Notes under the pieces: generated by a model
Database searches by the model: none
What the model saw: the letters and a program-made list of their open reading frames with translations, nothing else
Told to the model about the DNA's origin: nothing
Shown: positions 1-11,014 of the stretch, in pieces
Position numbering within the stretch: position 1 is the stretch's first letter
Layout: each line of letters begins with the position of its first letter
Position numbers and translations under genes: made by a program
Source of the DNA: Callorhinchus milii
Lineage: Eukaryota
DNA length: 64,000 bases
Assembly (NCBI RefSeq): GCF_018977255.1
Contig: NW_024704745.1
Coordinates: 26,660,001-26,724,000, forward strand
Reading direction: 5' to 3'

Positions 1-861
1 TCAGCCTCCAATACGTTCAGGTACTTGTAAAATTGCAAATTGCAATTTGTTAGTGTCGCATGTTAGACCTACAACAAATCACTATTTACAACTCTGCTAT
101 TTATTCACCAACTTAGTTTAACTCTTTCAATCACTTGGTGTTCCAGTTAAGACTCATTTCACCACATTGAAAAGATTAAATAGCCTTATGTAAAATATAC
201 TCTTTTCAAAGAATTCAAAATGAACAGATTTTATACGTGTGTATATAATACATCTGATTGACTTAAATTCCTCAAATGCCTGTTTAATTGCATCTATTGG
301 AAAGAACATGATTCTGAATCAATGTCTGATTAAAACTCTTGAAACTAAGATGATTGCAATTATTACACATATGCTCATAGCTTTTCTTCATGGAAATTAA
401 AATTTACATTGCAAACCATTTCAAAAATGTTTTATTGTTTTAAAACTGAAGTCTGGTATCAAGTTTGTATACAAATGAGGGCTCCATGACACAACCAGCA
501 ATGTGATGATGTCTGTCATCACAACTGTAAATTTGAACTGCATTGATGGGCTGCTCTCTTCAGCTTCACTGTATCCTTTGGCAACAGACGAGCTATCTTC
601 AAAGGCACTTAAGATAATAACAATCCTTGTGATGATTCTAAAGATTGAGTCAAGGGTTTTGGACACCAGATAATCAAGCTCAGTTGACCGTATTGTTCAA
701 TTTATTTATTATCAGGAGAGCAAAAGTGCAGAAAGGGCATAATTACCAATCAGGAGAACAGAAATATAGTGGTTTGATTGCACTTGACTTCCTGGGTCTG
801 TTCTTCTCCCAGATCTGTTGTAACTTTATACTAGTTGATAATGCACAACATTCATACACGT

Positions 862-1021
862 GAACAGGGAGATGGGACCTCAGCTCAATGTCTCATCCAG
901 ATACTTCAGACATTGTAGCACTCTTCTAGCACTGCACTGGAATGTCAGGATAGATGATATGGGTTCTAAAACCCAACAAGGGGATTAAACCGGCAACCTT
1001 CTGACTCAGTGGCGAGAGTGC
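862..1021 (-). mobile_element. Old SacSINE1/AmnSINE1-like Deu-SINE, 5' part
   Basis: Reverse complement reads GCACTCTCGCCACTGAGTCAGAAGGTTGCCGGTTTAATCCCC...GACATTCCAGTGCAGTGCTAGAAGAGTGCTACAATGTCTGAAG, matching the recalled tRNA-derived head and linker of SacSINE1-type elements. Confidence 0.7.
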
Positions 1022-1517
1022 GGACATCTAAGAATCCTGAATATCAGATCAAGAAAAAAAACACAAGATCCAGTGAAGAACAAAAGTGAAACATTAATGC
1101 TCAGTCTCTGAAATGGCTTCCAGAAATGGTTTTCAATCAGTCAAGAACCAAATTCCAATGATGTGACATCCAGGAAGGGATATGGAGGAGTAGAACCACA
1201 AGTGGTAGAGTTTGGTTTATCAATGAATGTTACAAGAATACTAACAAAAGTTAAATGGAACATTTTGAAATAAATCAAGGAAAACAAATGGAGTGATAGA
1301 GGAATTTTTAAATTTTATTAATTCTGCTTTGAAATTATTGAATCTATGGAATGAAAATCTATTTTTTTTTAAAAATGGCAGCCAAACACACTGTGGATGC
1401 TTGAAACTTAAAGCCACAACCTTCTGAGGTGAGAGTCCTTCTGACTGAATGAAAATAAATTGGAATACATATTAGTTAAAATTATAGAGTGAACTTGTAA
1501 GATATTTTGTGCGTCAA

Positions 1518-1610
1518 CCTGGCTCAGTGGTAGCACTCTTGGCTTTGAGTCAGAAGGTTGTGGGCTCAAACCCCGCATCGGAACTTTAAATCGCATAGTT
1601 CAAACTAACA
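1518..1610 (+). mobile_element. Old SacSINE1-like SINE head (left half of an element split by L2 insertions)
   Basis: CTGGCTCAGTGGTAGCACTCTTGGCTTTGAGTCAGAAGGTTGTGGGCTCAAACCCC with A-box and degenerate B-box; the body resumes at ~2983. Confidence 0.75.
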
Positions 1611-1611
1611 G

Positions 1612-1960
1612 TTTGGCGTCAGGTTCGATCCCCATCTATCCTTTGTAGCCCATATCCAGTCCCTGGTCAGGTCCATTTTCGTCCACCTCTGCCACATTGC
1701 CTACCTCCATCTGTACCTCACTCCAAAAGCTGCTGAAACCCTTGTCGACACCTTCATCACCTCCGGCTCAACTACCCAAACACCCTCCTCGTCGGTCTTC
1801 CCTGCTCCATTATTCACAAATTTCAACTGAAAACTCTGCCACCCACATTCTCACCCGTACTAAACTCTGTACCTCCATTAACCGAGTCCTTGTGAAAATC
1901 AATTGGTTCCCTTTCCCAGAGTGTATCAATTTCAAGATCCTCACGCTTGTATTTAAATCC
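1612..1960 (+). mobile_element. Degenerate L2-clade LINE ORF2 3' fragment
   Basis: Frameshifted L2 C-terminal motifs (KAAETLVDTFITSG; INWFPFPECINFKILTLVFKSL). Confidence 0.75.
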
Positions 1961-2076
1961 CTTGTTCAACCCTCAACTGTCTTTTCTCCACCATATCCAT
2001 GCCATGACCCACTCTGTTTTCCCTCACCTTTGCAACATTGCCATTGCCTCACTCCTTAGGCCGCTGAAATCCTCAT

Positions 2077-2660
2077 GCATGCATTCATCACCTCAAGGCT
2101 TGACTACAGAAACTCCCTCTTTGTCGGCCTCCCCAACTCTTTCCGCCACAAGCTGCAGTTAATCCAGAACTCTGCAGCTTGTGTCCCTTCCCGCAACCAG
2201 ATTCCATGACCCCATCACCCCCACCCTTGCCCGGCTCCACTGGCTTCCCATTCCCCAGAGGATAGAATTCAAAATCCTCGTCCTCACTTTCAAGGCCATC
2301 CATGGCTTTGCCCCCTCATACATCTCTGACCTTCTGAACCTCTACCAAGCTGTTTGCTCCCTCCGCTCAGCAGGCTCCTGCCTGCTCCAGGTCTCCCACC
2401 CAACCCTCCCTATCATCAGCGGCCAGGCTTTGGAACTCCATCCCACAATCCCTCCACCTCCTCCCTCGCCTACTTCAAGGCACTACTCAAGACCCTCCTT
2501 TTCGATCATGCCTTCAACTGCCCTCCTACCTCTCTGCCCTTCCTCATTCCAACCCTGCCCCACCCCATGCTCGGGTCCTGATCCCCGAACGTTCAGCGCC
2601 TTGGAACATTCTGCCGATGTGAAAGGCACTTTACAAATGTAATTTTGTTGTTGTTGATGC
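2077..2660 (+). mobile_element. L2-clade LINE 3' end (younger copy) with 3' stem-loop and (TTG)n tail
   Basis: DPITPTLARLHWLPIPQRIEFKILVLTFKAIHGFAPSYISDLL in ORF 2181..2642; tail CAGCGCCTTGGAACATTCTGCCGATGTGAAAGGCACTTTACAAATGTAATTTTGTTGTTGTTG. Confidence 0.9.
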
Positions 2661-2679
2661 TGTGACAACCCCCCTTTCT

Positions 2680-2982
2680 CTCCAACCTGCTCTTTCCCTA
2701 TATTACTACCCGCTGCCTCCGCTTGACTGGCAAGGGTCTCCTCTTTGTCCCCTGGACCCTCTGCCCCACCATCGGTGGGCATGCTTTCAGACACTATGCC
2801 CCGAAGCTGTGGAACTCTCTCCCTCAATCCCTTCACCTTGCCTTGCTTGAAGATCATCCTCTTCGACCTTGCCTACAGTTTCCTTCGCCCTCCCTCTGGC
2901 TCGGCATCAGGCTCTGCCACTGTTAAGCGCTGCTGAAATGCTATCCGATGTGAAGGGCAGTATATATGCAAGTTGTTGTTAT
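2680..2982 (+). mobile_element. L2-clade LINE 3' end (third copy in tandem)
   Basis: TIGGHAFRHYAPKLWNSLPQSL motif; tail AAGCGCTGCTGAAATGCTATCCGATGTGAAGGGCAGTATATATGCAAGTTGTTG. Confidence 0.8.
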
Positions 2983-3285
2983 TGATACTGCAATGTGGTG
3001 CTGGATGTGTGCTGCATTGTAGGAGGAGCTGTCCTTGGATGTAACGATCCTAAGGCACTATTCAAAAAGAGAAGGGAGTTTCTCCTGGTATCTTGGCCAA
3101 AAATAACCTAAACAAAATGGGTCACTCATAGCTGTTTGTGGGACACTGCTGTGCACTAATTGGCTGCTGCGTTTCACCCACAAAATATACAGTCAAAACC
3201 ATTTTAGAGTATATCCTGTGAAGCGCTTTGAGACGTTTTGACAATGTGTTAAGATGCTATATTAAATGCAAGGCTTATTATTATC
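2983..3285 (+). mobile_element. SacSINE1-like Deu-SINE body and tail (right half of split element)
   Basis: GATCCTAAGGCACTATTCAAAAAGAGAAGGGAGTTTCTCCTGGTATCTTGGCCAA and Deu core GCTGTTTGTGGGACACTGCTGTGCACTAATTGGCTGCTGCGTTTC, then TTA tail. Confidence 0.8.
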
Positions 3286-3603
3286 TTACATTGTTATGTT
3301 ACAGAATACTATATTTTCAATCAATTATTCCAGGAACAGAAGCTGACAAAGAAAAATCCAGTATCACTGGCCCTTGAAGATCGGTCTCTGTCTGCTATGG
3401 TATTGGGCAATAGTAGCTTTGAAAACTTCAGGAGCTTTCATTAAGCAATGGAAAATCTCCCCCAGTGCTACCCTATGCATTATCATATTGAATTTCCTTA
3501 TGTGTGGTATTGTCATTAACTGCCCCCTGTTATGCAAAGTAAATATTTACTTCAAATATTTTTCTGTAAAGAGAATTTATCCTATCTATAATTACCCCCA
3601 GTT

Positions 3604-3888
3604 GTAAAGTTAATTGACTGTATATTTTGTGGGCAAAATGTGGCAGCCAATTGTGCATAGTAGTGCACAATTAGCTGCCACAAACAGTCATGGATTGAGT
3701 GACCAAATTATTATAATTTTTTTTTGGAAGGAATTATTACACCCGGAAAAGCGATCCGCCAATCGACTAACAACTGGGTTCCTACTTACTGTAGGTAAAC
3801 AGGGACATGTGGAGTAAGGATACTTGCCCAATGTTTCGCCCTCCCGGGGATCGAAGCCAGGTCTCTCGCATGAGCTACAGGACTCCAC
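3604..3888 (-). mobile_element. tRNA-Ala-headed Deu-SINE (long variant, 3'-truncated, head deletion)
   Basis: Starts GTGGAGTCCTGTAGCTCA on minus strand; body shared with copies at 30652 and 41503. Confidence 0.85.
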
Positions 3889-6800
3889 GGTAGTCACATA
3901 AGGCCAGATTCACAAATCAATCATAAGTTCCAAACTTTACTTAAATTCTAAGTTCCAAACATGTATTAAAGATATGTGGAATGCATATCTCAACCCATAT
4001 AAAAGTGCTATATTTCAAATAATCCCTAACATTACAGTACAACACATGTGTTTTATGTTGTATGGATCAGAGTTCACAGAGCCAAAATGTATCGTGCAAT
4101 GTAAAGCTTTCCACCACATGCCACAAAAGGCATTGTAATTTGCTGCTCTCATGCACTCACGTTTCATATTTAAAAAATGTTTCTATGCCACTGAGGATCT
4201 TTACCCTTGTCAACATGTAGCCTACATATATTTGCCTCACATTGGAAAAGGTTATTATATCACAGAAGTTTCCACCCAATATTAAACACATATGGTTCAC
4301 TGATCTTCAAGTGCCATAATTCTGTTACTTTGGTTATAGAAACATAACACTGAGGTGCAGGCAGACACAATTGTAAGTCTTGTTAAATTCAGAGTCTAAA
4401 TGTGGTCATTTCTAAACTTACTCCAATACTTCAAATAATTTTGACTTTGGATGCTGGGAGACACATCTGGCATAGTCAGGCTCATCTACATTAACTAAAG
4501 CAGACCTGGAGGCACAGATACATCCTGAAGCCTGCAAAGCCAAGGTTGTAATGAGTGGGGCGGTCCAAGGTGGATAAATACCATGCTTTATGGTTACCAA
4601 CGTATTTTTCATGAATGCAAAATCTTTGCTAAAATTGTGAAGCTGCAGTCAGGATGATTGAGAACAAGGCTAAATGTTCACAGCAACAATCCTGGTCTAG
4701 AATGTGATTCGTAAGTCTGCATTTGGATAAGCAATTGAGTGACAGGTGACATTTTCTTGGAAAGAGTTTCACATGTACAGCAAATTGTATCCAAAGCCCC
4801 ATTCATCTACTTCAATCACAGTCTTAAAGATGACTGACAGCTTAGTTTTATATCTCAAGTCCTTGTACTTTTTTTTGAAAGGACATCTATTTGTAGTTTC
4901 CCAGGCTGATTTTCAATGGATTTGCTCTGAATTTTTGCATCAAATTTATTTCTGTCAATCTCCTCCCATGTTTTACTCAAAATAAGATCCCCAAAATGTG
5001 AAAATGCTCAGATTATAATATTGTGAATATAATACAAGTTTAATAGTCCTTAAGGATGGCTAATCTGCCTTTGTGGCTTTTGAATGAACTGGCTCCAGAA
5101 ACAAGAGATGGTTTTACTTACAATAAGCCAACAAGCTACAATGCTGCAGATTGATGCAGGTCATGCAGAGCGACAATGAATGTGATAACTGTAGAATATT
5201 TAAAGAAATTAGTCATCATCCACAAAATTTTCCATTGCTCACCATCAACAGTAAATATGTAGATTTACAATTCAGATTAAATCTTTGGAGTCAGTGAAAC
5301 CCTTCACCCTTTCAAGGTGAGTCCCATGAGTCTATGTCCAGAAACAACATCTTCCTTAAAACACATCCAAACTTTGCAAAGCCTGAGTATGCTACACATT
5401 TACCATTGCATTTTTTTGTAAGAGTGAAAACCTTAGTAGCTGACAAACCAGGTAAAATAAACTGGAGGGTGAAAATGGCGAGGCAGGTTCCAGCTTTGGG
5501 TTCTCTGAATCCCATTGAAATCAAATCATTTCTCTGAATTTCCACAGAAAGAAGCATTAAAATAAGCTGCAAGCACAGATATCTTCGAGAGATACTATTT
5601 CTCTATTTTACTATTTTACTAGAGATACTATTTTCCAGCAGAGGGATGGAAGCGGTGATACATATCTAAATGGCAGCTGAAACCGGACAGACACATATGA
5701 TTCATGGAGTAACAAAGTCACACCGCTGATGTGCAGTATCTTTGGCTTTGTTTCACATGAAATTGTCCTGCTTTTTAAATCCGTCTCATTGAATCAAAGT
5801 AAAGCCTGGCATGTGGAAAAGCATCTGTGAATGTGCAACTGATCTGAGCTGCCTCTCAGTGGGGAAGTACATGCAGCAGATCAGGTTTGGGATTTAATGG
5901 AACGTAAGATCAGTAAGCACACCTGATCTTTGCACAATGCTGCTTTCAAAAGCTTCAGCAAAAAGAAAAAGGATGTTATTATCAAAAAGAAATCTAGCAA
6001 AAGACTGGTTTGCTGTTTTTGACCATATATGGTATTAGGTCAAATGTCAAATTTGAAGTTTGGCCATGATTCAGGAATCCAGAGACAGAGAGAAAAAAAA
6101 TCGGTGAGGCATGAATTACTAACATACTTTCTAAGTGAAGGTAACAGGCTGAGGGCAAGGACATGTGTTGCAGTTTGCCGAAGCAACTGCAGGATTTGAA
6201 ATTCTGCTTTAAGTTTCTGCATTTGCATCAAAACTAAATAATCCCAAAGTTATGTTTGGGCTGCCTGGTGAAATTGTGATAAAATTATTTATGCATGGAA
6301 CTATCATACTTAAGATCTTTCTGGGTACTGCACTCAGATGTGTACTTGTTACATATCTGATCACTCTGGTAAATGAAACTATTTCCACAGTGAATTAGTC
6401 GACTGCATTAATCAAGTACCATCGTAAACCTTAAATAAGGTGTGGAAGAACAAGTTTCACACTGGGACCTGTCAGCAAAAACATCAAGCCTGCTGGATTC
6501 ACTGTGCAGTGAAATAATTTTAAGTATTTTTGGATCACTTACTTGGAATATCTAACTGAAATAAAATGATTGACAAGCATGTTAATTTTTTTTAGAAAAT
6601 CGGTTATGTGGCCACGTCTCTGGGTATGCTTCAGAATAACAGTGCAATGCCAAGATGTGTAGACATTGCACCCATTGTATGTGCAGATAACAATTTGTAT
6701 ACCTAGCAATGACACACAAGCATTTGACATCGCTCTTGCTTCTCACTATATAAATATCATTTGTTCAGTCCAATACTAACTTGATTGACTTTATCCAGGG

Positions 6801-7687
6801 TCAGCCACATTAAACATCCCGCTGTTTATTACACCAGTTCCAAATCCTTCATTTATAGTATTTTTCAGAGTTTTGCTTCAGTAAAATAACAACTGTCTCA
6901 GCAAGGCTGTTGCAGCAGGCAGAAGCTTAATAAATACACAGCAAAGTGGAAATATGTTTTGAGGCCACCATACATAATTTTAAAAAAGTGCAGATCCAGA
7001 TCACAGTTAGATTAAAAATGATCTAAAGTCAGGTGTTTATTTGCAGCTGATTTGCAACCAGACACTTTTCATTTTTCCCATCCAGCTTTTCCACAGGGGA
7101 GAGATATAGAATATGAATTTCATGAGCAAGTGGTAAAATTATCCATAGAGGAAGGCATCATTGTTATAGACACAGGAATCAGCTGGCAGCATGCAGAACA
7201 GCAATTTAACATTTCGGGAAAAATATAGTTTTAGATACTTTTTTAAAAATATATAAACAATGATCAACAGCTTCTGGACTCCAATCTGACTGGATTTTCA
7301 AAAGTTGGAATTTTTTTTCCACACATCAGTAAAACATTATCCCACGCATGGATAAGCTCACCTGAAAGCTTATGGTAGCTATGATTTTCTTTCCTCTACC
7401 TTTTGATTTGAAGGGAAAATTGCTTGGCAGAGCGCCTATTTTGAGCATTAGTACCTCGCTGCCACCTCTCTTTGTGATCAACTAACAGTTTGCCAATTAT
7501 AGCATTAGATAGTCACAGTCACTTTGTTTTAATTAATGCTCTACCTCTTTCTAATGATTAACACTGATTGAAGCATCCCATTGTTGTGCTGTGAGGCATT
7601 GGGATTACCTGTCATCGTGTTAATTCTCCAAGAGTGAAGTTTCACTCGGAGAGGGAACTTGCATGATACACAACCAGATCTACACAG

Positions 7688-8010
7688 GTGGAGTCCTGTA
7701 GCTCAGTGGTTAGAGCACTCGCTGTGCAAGTGAGAGACCTGAGTTCAATTCCAGGCAGGGCGAAACCTTGGGCAAGTTTCCTTACTCCACACGCCTAATA
7801 ATAATCCCTCCAAAACTAAAAACAATAATAAAAATTGGTCATTTTCAATCTACGACTGTTTGTGGGACATTGCTGTGTGCAATTGGCTGCCGCGTTCGCC
7901 CACAAATATACAGTCAATTCACTTTACAGTGTTTTCCTTGAAGCGCTTTGGGACGTCCTCCCGACGTGAAAAGCGCTAAATCAAATGCAAGGATTATTAT
8001 TATTATTATT
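7688..8010 (+). mobile_element. Full-length tRNA-headed Deu-SINE (short variant) with (TTA)n tail
   Basis: GTGGAGTCCTGTAGCTCAGTGGTTAGAGCACTCGC head, B-box GAGTTCAATTCC, Deu core, 3' stem-loop; probable TSD TACACAG/TACACGG. Confidence 0.95.
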
Positions 8011-8721
8011 ACACGGAGATCAGCTAATATACCGTGCGCTTTGTCATAACTTGGGTATACATTTAGGGGTGCGAACCTCGCAATAGCTGTAGCCAAGGAC
8101 AATGTTCCTTTATCATTCTGTCCACTGGAAGCATTCAGCCTCTACCACGTGCTATTAGCTCTAACTACAATTGGAATTATTCATCCATAAATACAGTCAC
8201 TACACAGTAAATCCTGTGTGGTCTTAGGCACATCTCAACAATGTGATAAGGCACTATATCAAATGCAAGGATTACTCACATTTGTGGAGTTAAACCTGAG
8301 ATGTGATAATTGGCACATAGCTGAAAATTGCAGCCCAAACCATTACGTAATTATCAACGTGTTTCAGTTGTGAACATCCTCTGTGGCTGGTGGCCATGAC
8401 TGTCATTATTGACTGCAGAGTGCAGTTTCAGTGCCACTTTGTGGCATAGAAGCCTAACTTAATTATAGTTAGGTGAGGATTTCATGAAGCTTCACTGAAA
8501 TGTCACGCTCTGTGGTCAGCAAAATTACAAGCAAAATTAGAGGCTTCAGGGCAAACCATTTTGCTTTAATCTGGGTGTTTACAATCAAAACCAGGTTGAC
8601 AATTTAGGATGCAATTTTCTGCAATGTGTTGATTTTACAAGAAGTCACAATTTGCACCTCAGTTTAATATATTTCTTTAAATAAAACTTCAATAAAGTAA
8701 CTTTCTCTTTAGCACAGCCAG

Positions 8722-8735
8722 GTTACCAGGGCAAC
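8722..8735. promoter_or_regulatory. RFX X-box-like motif next to a candidate conserved non-coding element
   Basis: GTTACCAGGGCAAC matches 13 of 14 positions of GTYRCCATGGYAAC; no functional evidence. Confidence 0.35.
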
Positions 8736-9219
8736 AACATTGCTTCAAATAAACAATTCCTCCATCTTTCACATCGCTTCCAGGACATTCTTTTCAACCT
8801 TGTATTTTATTCTAACTAGTACATCAAGGTAATTGTGCTTTATGCAAGAAACAATACAAAATCTTCAGCTATTATTCCACTTCAGTAAATTTCCATTTGT
8901 TTCAGTTAAGCAATAGAAGGCAATAATAAATAGAATATTTCCGTCTGAGGGCACTGTTCTGCAAGGTCTGATCTGTGTCCCTCTTGCTCACAAACAGTTA
9001 TTTCTGATTAAGAGCTTAGTGCTTATTTTCTCATTTTATTTGATGATAAATGTTATTTTAGCATGTGAACCATTCCAGAAGGTCTGCTCTAATTAGGCAG
9101 GTGGGCTAAGGAGAGACAGATGGACTTTATTGTATACAACTGTAATCTCAAGCATTTTGGAATAACAAACTGTAAACGTGTGTACACAATGAAGGAAATG
9201 TCCCCTTGGAGAGGTGGAG

Positions 9220-9790
9220 AAGGAAAAGGATTTGAGTGAGATTATTGATCATGCATTGAAGGTTTCCAATTAATGTAAAGCTTCTGTCAACAAAGCTAAT
9301 CAAGCACTATATTGTGAATCCTGGCAATTTAGCCAGAATTGAAATAAAACAGTATTTAAATTGTGCATAAATAACTGATAAATTTGTTTTGAATATTGGT
9401 GAAGCTATACGTTTTGAATATTGGTGCAGTTTTGAACATCCTACATGTAGAACGACAATAGTATTTTATTGGAGGATTCAGAAAAGTGAAACCAGATGAT
9501 TCTGGAACTAACATTATGAGACGAGTCATTCAGGGTAGAATTTGTTTTCATTGGAAAAAGAAAAGATGAATTGGAACATGATCCAGATCTATACAATTTT
9601 GAGGGATCTAGATGATGTGGATAAAAGGAAGTTATTTGCTTTAAACCATGAGAAGTTTAAAATTAAAAAGTGTCAAGCAGGACTAGCAATTAGAAGAATT
9701 ACTTTTAGAAACTGAATAATCTCTTGGTGGGACAGACGCACGACAAAAGCAACTTTCAACTAAATTCTTAGAAAAACAAACCAGATAATA
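9220..9790 (+). mobile_element. Highly degenerate CR1 LINE ORF2 3' region
   Basis: Residual motifs: GAAAAGGATTTG (EKDL), AACAAAGCTAAT (NKAN), GAATATTGGTGCAGTTTTG (EY.VQF), TTGTTTTCATTGGAAAAAG (LFSLEK). Confidence 0.6.
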
Positions 9791-9799
9791 TTTATTTAT

Positions 9800-10134
9800 G
9801 GGGTCCTATAGCTTAGTGGTAAGAGCACTCGCCTTGCAAGTGAGAGGAGCTGGGTTTGATTCCCGGCAGGGTGAAACGTTCGTCAAGTTTCCTTACTCTA
9901 CACGCCTCCACTTACCTAGCAGTAAATAGGAACCCAGTGGTTAGTCAATTGGCGGATCACTTTTGGTCACTCAATCCATGATTGTTTGTGGGACACTGCT
10001 GTGCGCAATTGGCTGCCGCGTTACACCCACAAAATATACAGTCAATTCACTTTACAGTATATTCTGTGAACCGCTTTGAGACAGACGTCTGAAAGATGTG
10101 ATAAGATGCTATTAAATGCAAGGATTATTATTAT
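9800..10134 (+). mobile_element. tRNA-Ala-headed Deu-SINE (long variant with internal deletion)
   Basis: GGGTCCTATAGCTTAGTGGTAAGAGCACTCGCCTTGCAAGTGAGAG head, Deu core, TTA tail. Confidence 0.92.
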
Positions 10135-10335
10135 TTGGAATTGATACTGGATAATTTTGGTCTATATTCACGTCAGGCAAAACAAACAAATACTGCGCAG
10201 GCCACATTAGTTTCTCACTTATGTGCTTTTGGCACAGGTAATTGTACGGTGGTGGGGAGACGTATGAGGAGGAAAATTGGGGTGCATTTCTGGAGAAGGA
10301 GGTATGGTGGTGGGAGACAATGTCTGAGGAGAGAG

Positions 10336-10376
10336 GTGTATGTGTGTGTGTGGGGAGAGAGAGAGAGAGAGAGAGA
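10336..10376. repeat. (GT)n-(GA)n compound microsatellite
   Basis: TGTGTGTGTGTGGGGAGAGAGAGAGAGAGAGAGAGA. Confidence 0.9.
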
Positions 10377-10954
10377 CATTGTCTGAGAAGGGAGGTCAGC
10401 CAGGGTTGAATAGTGGTGGTATGTGGGATAGAACATATTTTGTAGCTTTTGCTGGTGGCCTTTGGGTATCATGGAGTTGTAAAGTTTTGAGCAGAATATT
10501 CCCCAGGTGATAGAGTGGGAGTAAATAGACGATGGAGCACGTTTTGGGAGGTTTGTGGAAGAGCCAGATTTGTTAGGCCAAATGCCAAATTAAATAGAAA
10601 TTCCTATTGCTTAACTCTGACAGTTTCCCTTTTTATCACAATGTTGTTACAAGCAAGTAATATGATGATTCTGCATTTTACTATGATTGATATTGGTGCA
10701 TGCTATAAAAGGCTTACTTTTTTTTAAATTGAAGAAAGTGTCATGGGAAGAATGTAGCATCAGTATTTTTGAAGGAGATGAGATCAATTTTTCCTTTGTT
10801 TTAATGAAGATCAGGATCTATCCCTTTAAGACTACCTCCAGTGCCCCTTTTTATTTCTATAGAATAATTGAATAGAAGCCAGTTATATACTATGAATATA
10901 ATAATCCTTTCGTTTCATACAGTGACGTCTCAAATCAAGTTCAAAATCCGGACA

Positions 10955-11014
10955 TGAGGCTTGAACCTACAACCTTCTGACTCAGAGACGAGAGTCCTAC
11001 CAAATAAGCCAGGC
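10955..11014 (-). mobile_element. SacSINE1-like head fragment
   Basis: GGCTTGAACCTACAACCTTCTGACTCAGAGACGAGAGTCCTACC is the reverse complement of the SINE head. Confidence 0.7.

Noticed and set aside
421-666. 81-aa minus-strand ORF as coding exon
   Set aside because: No recognisable homology or convincing splice sites.
5588-5635. AGAGATACTATTT direct repeat
   Set aside because: Simple slippage duplication in low-complexity sequence.
7688-7765. Genuine tRNA-Ala genes at SINE heads
   Set aside because: Every copy continues into the same SINE body and tail, and the copies carry scattered substitutions.
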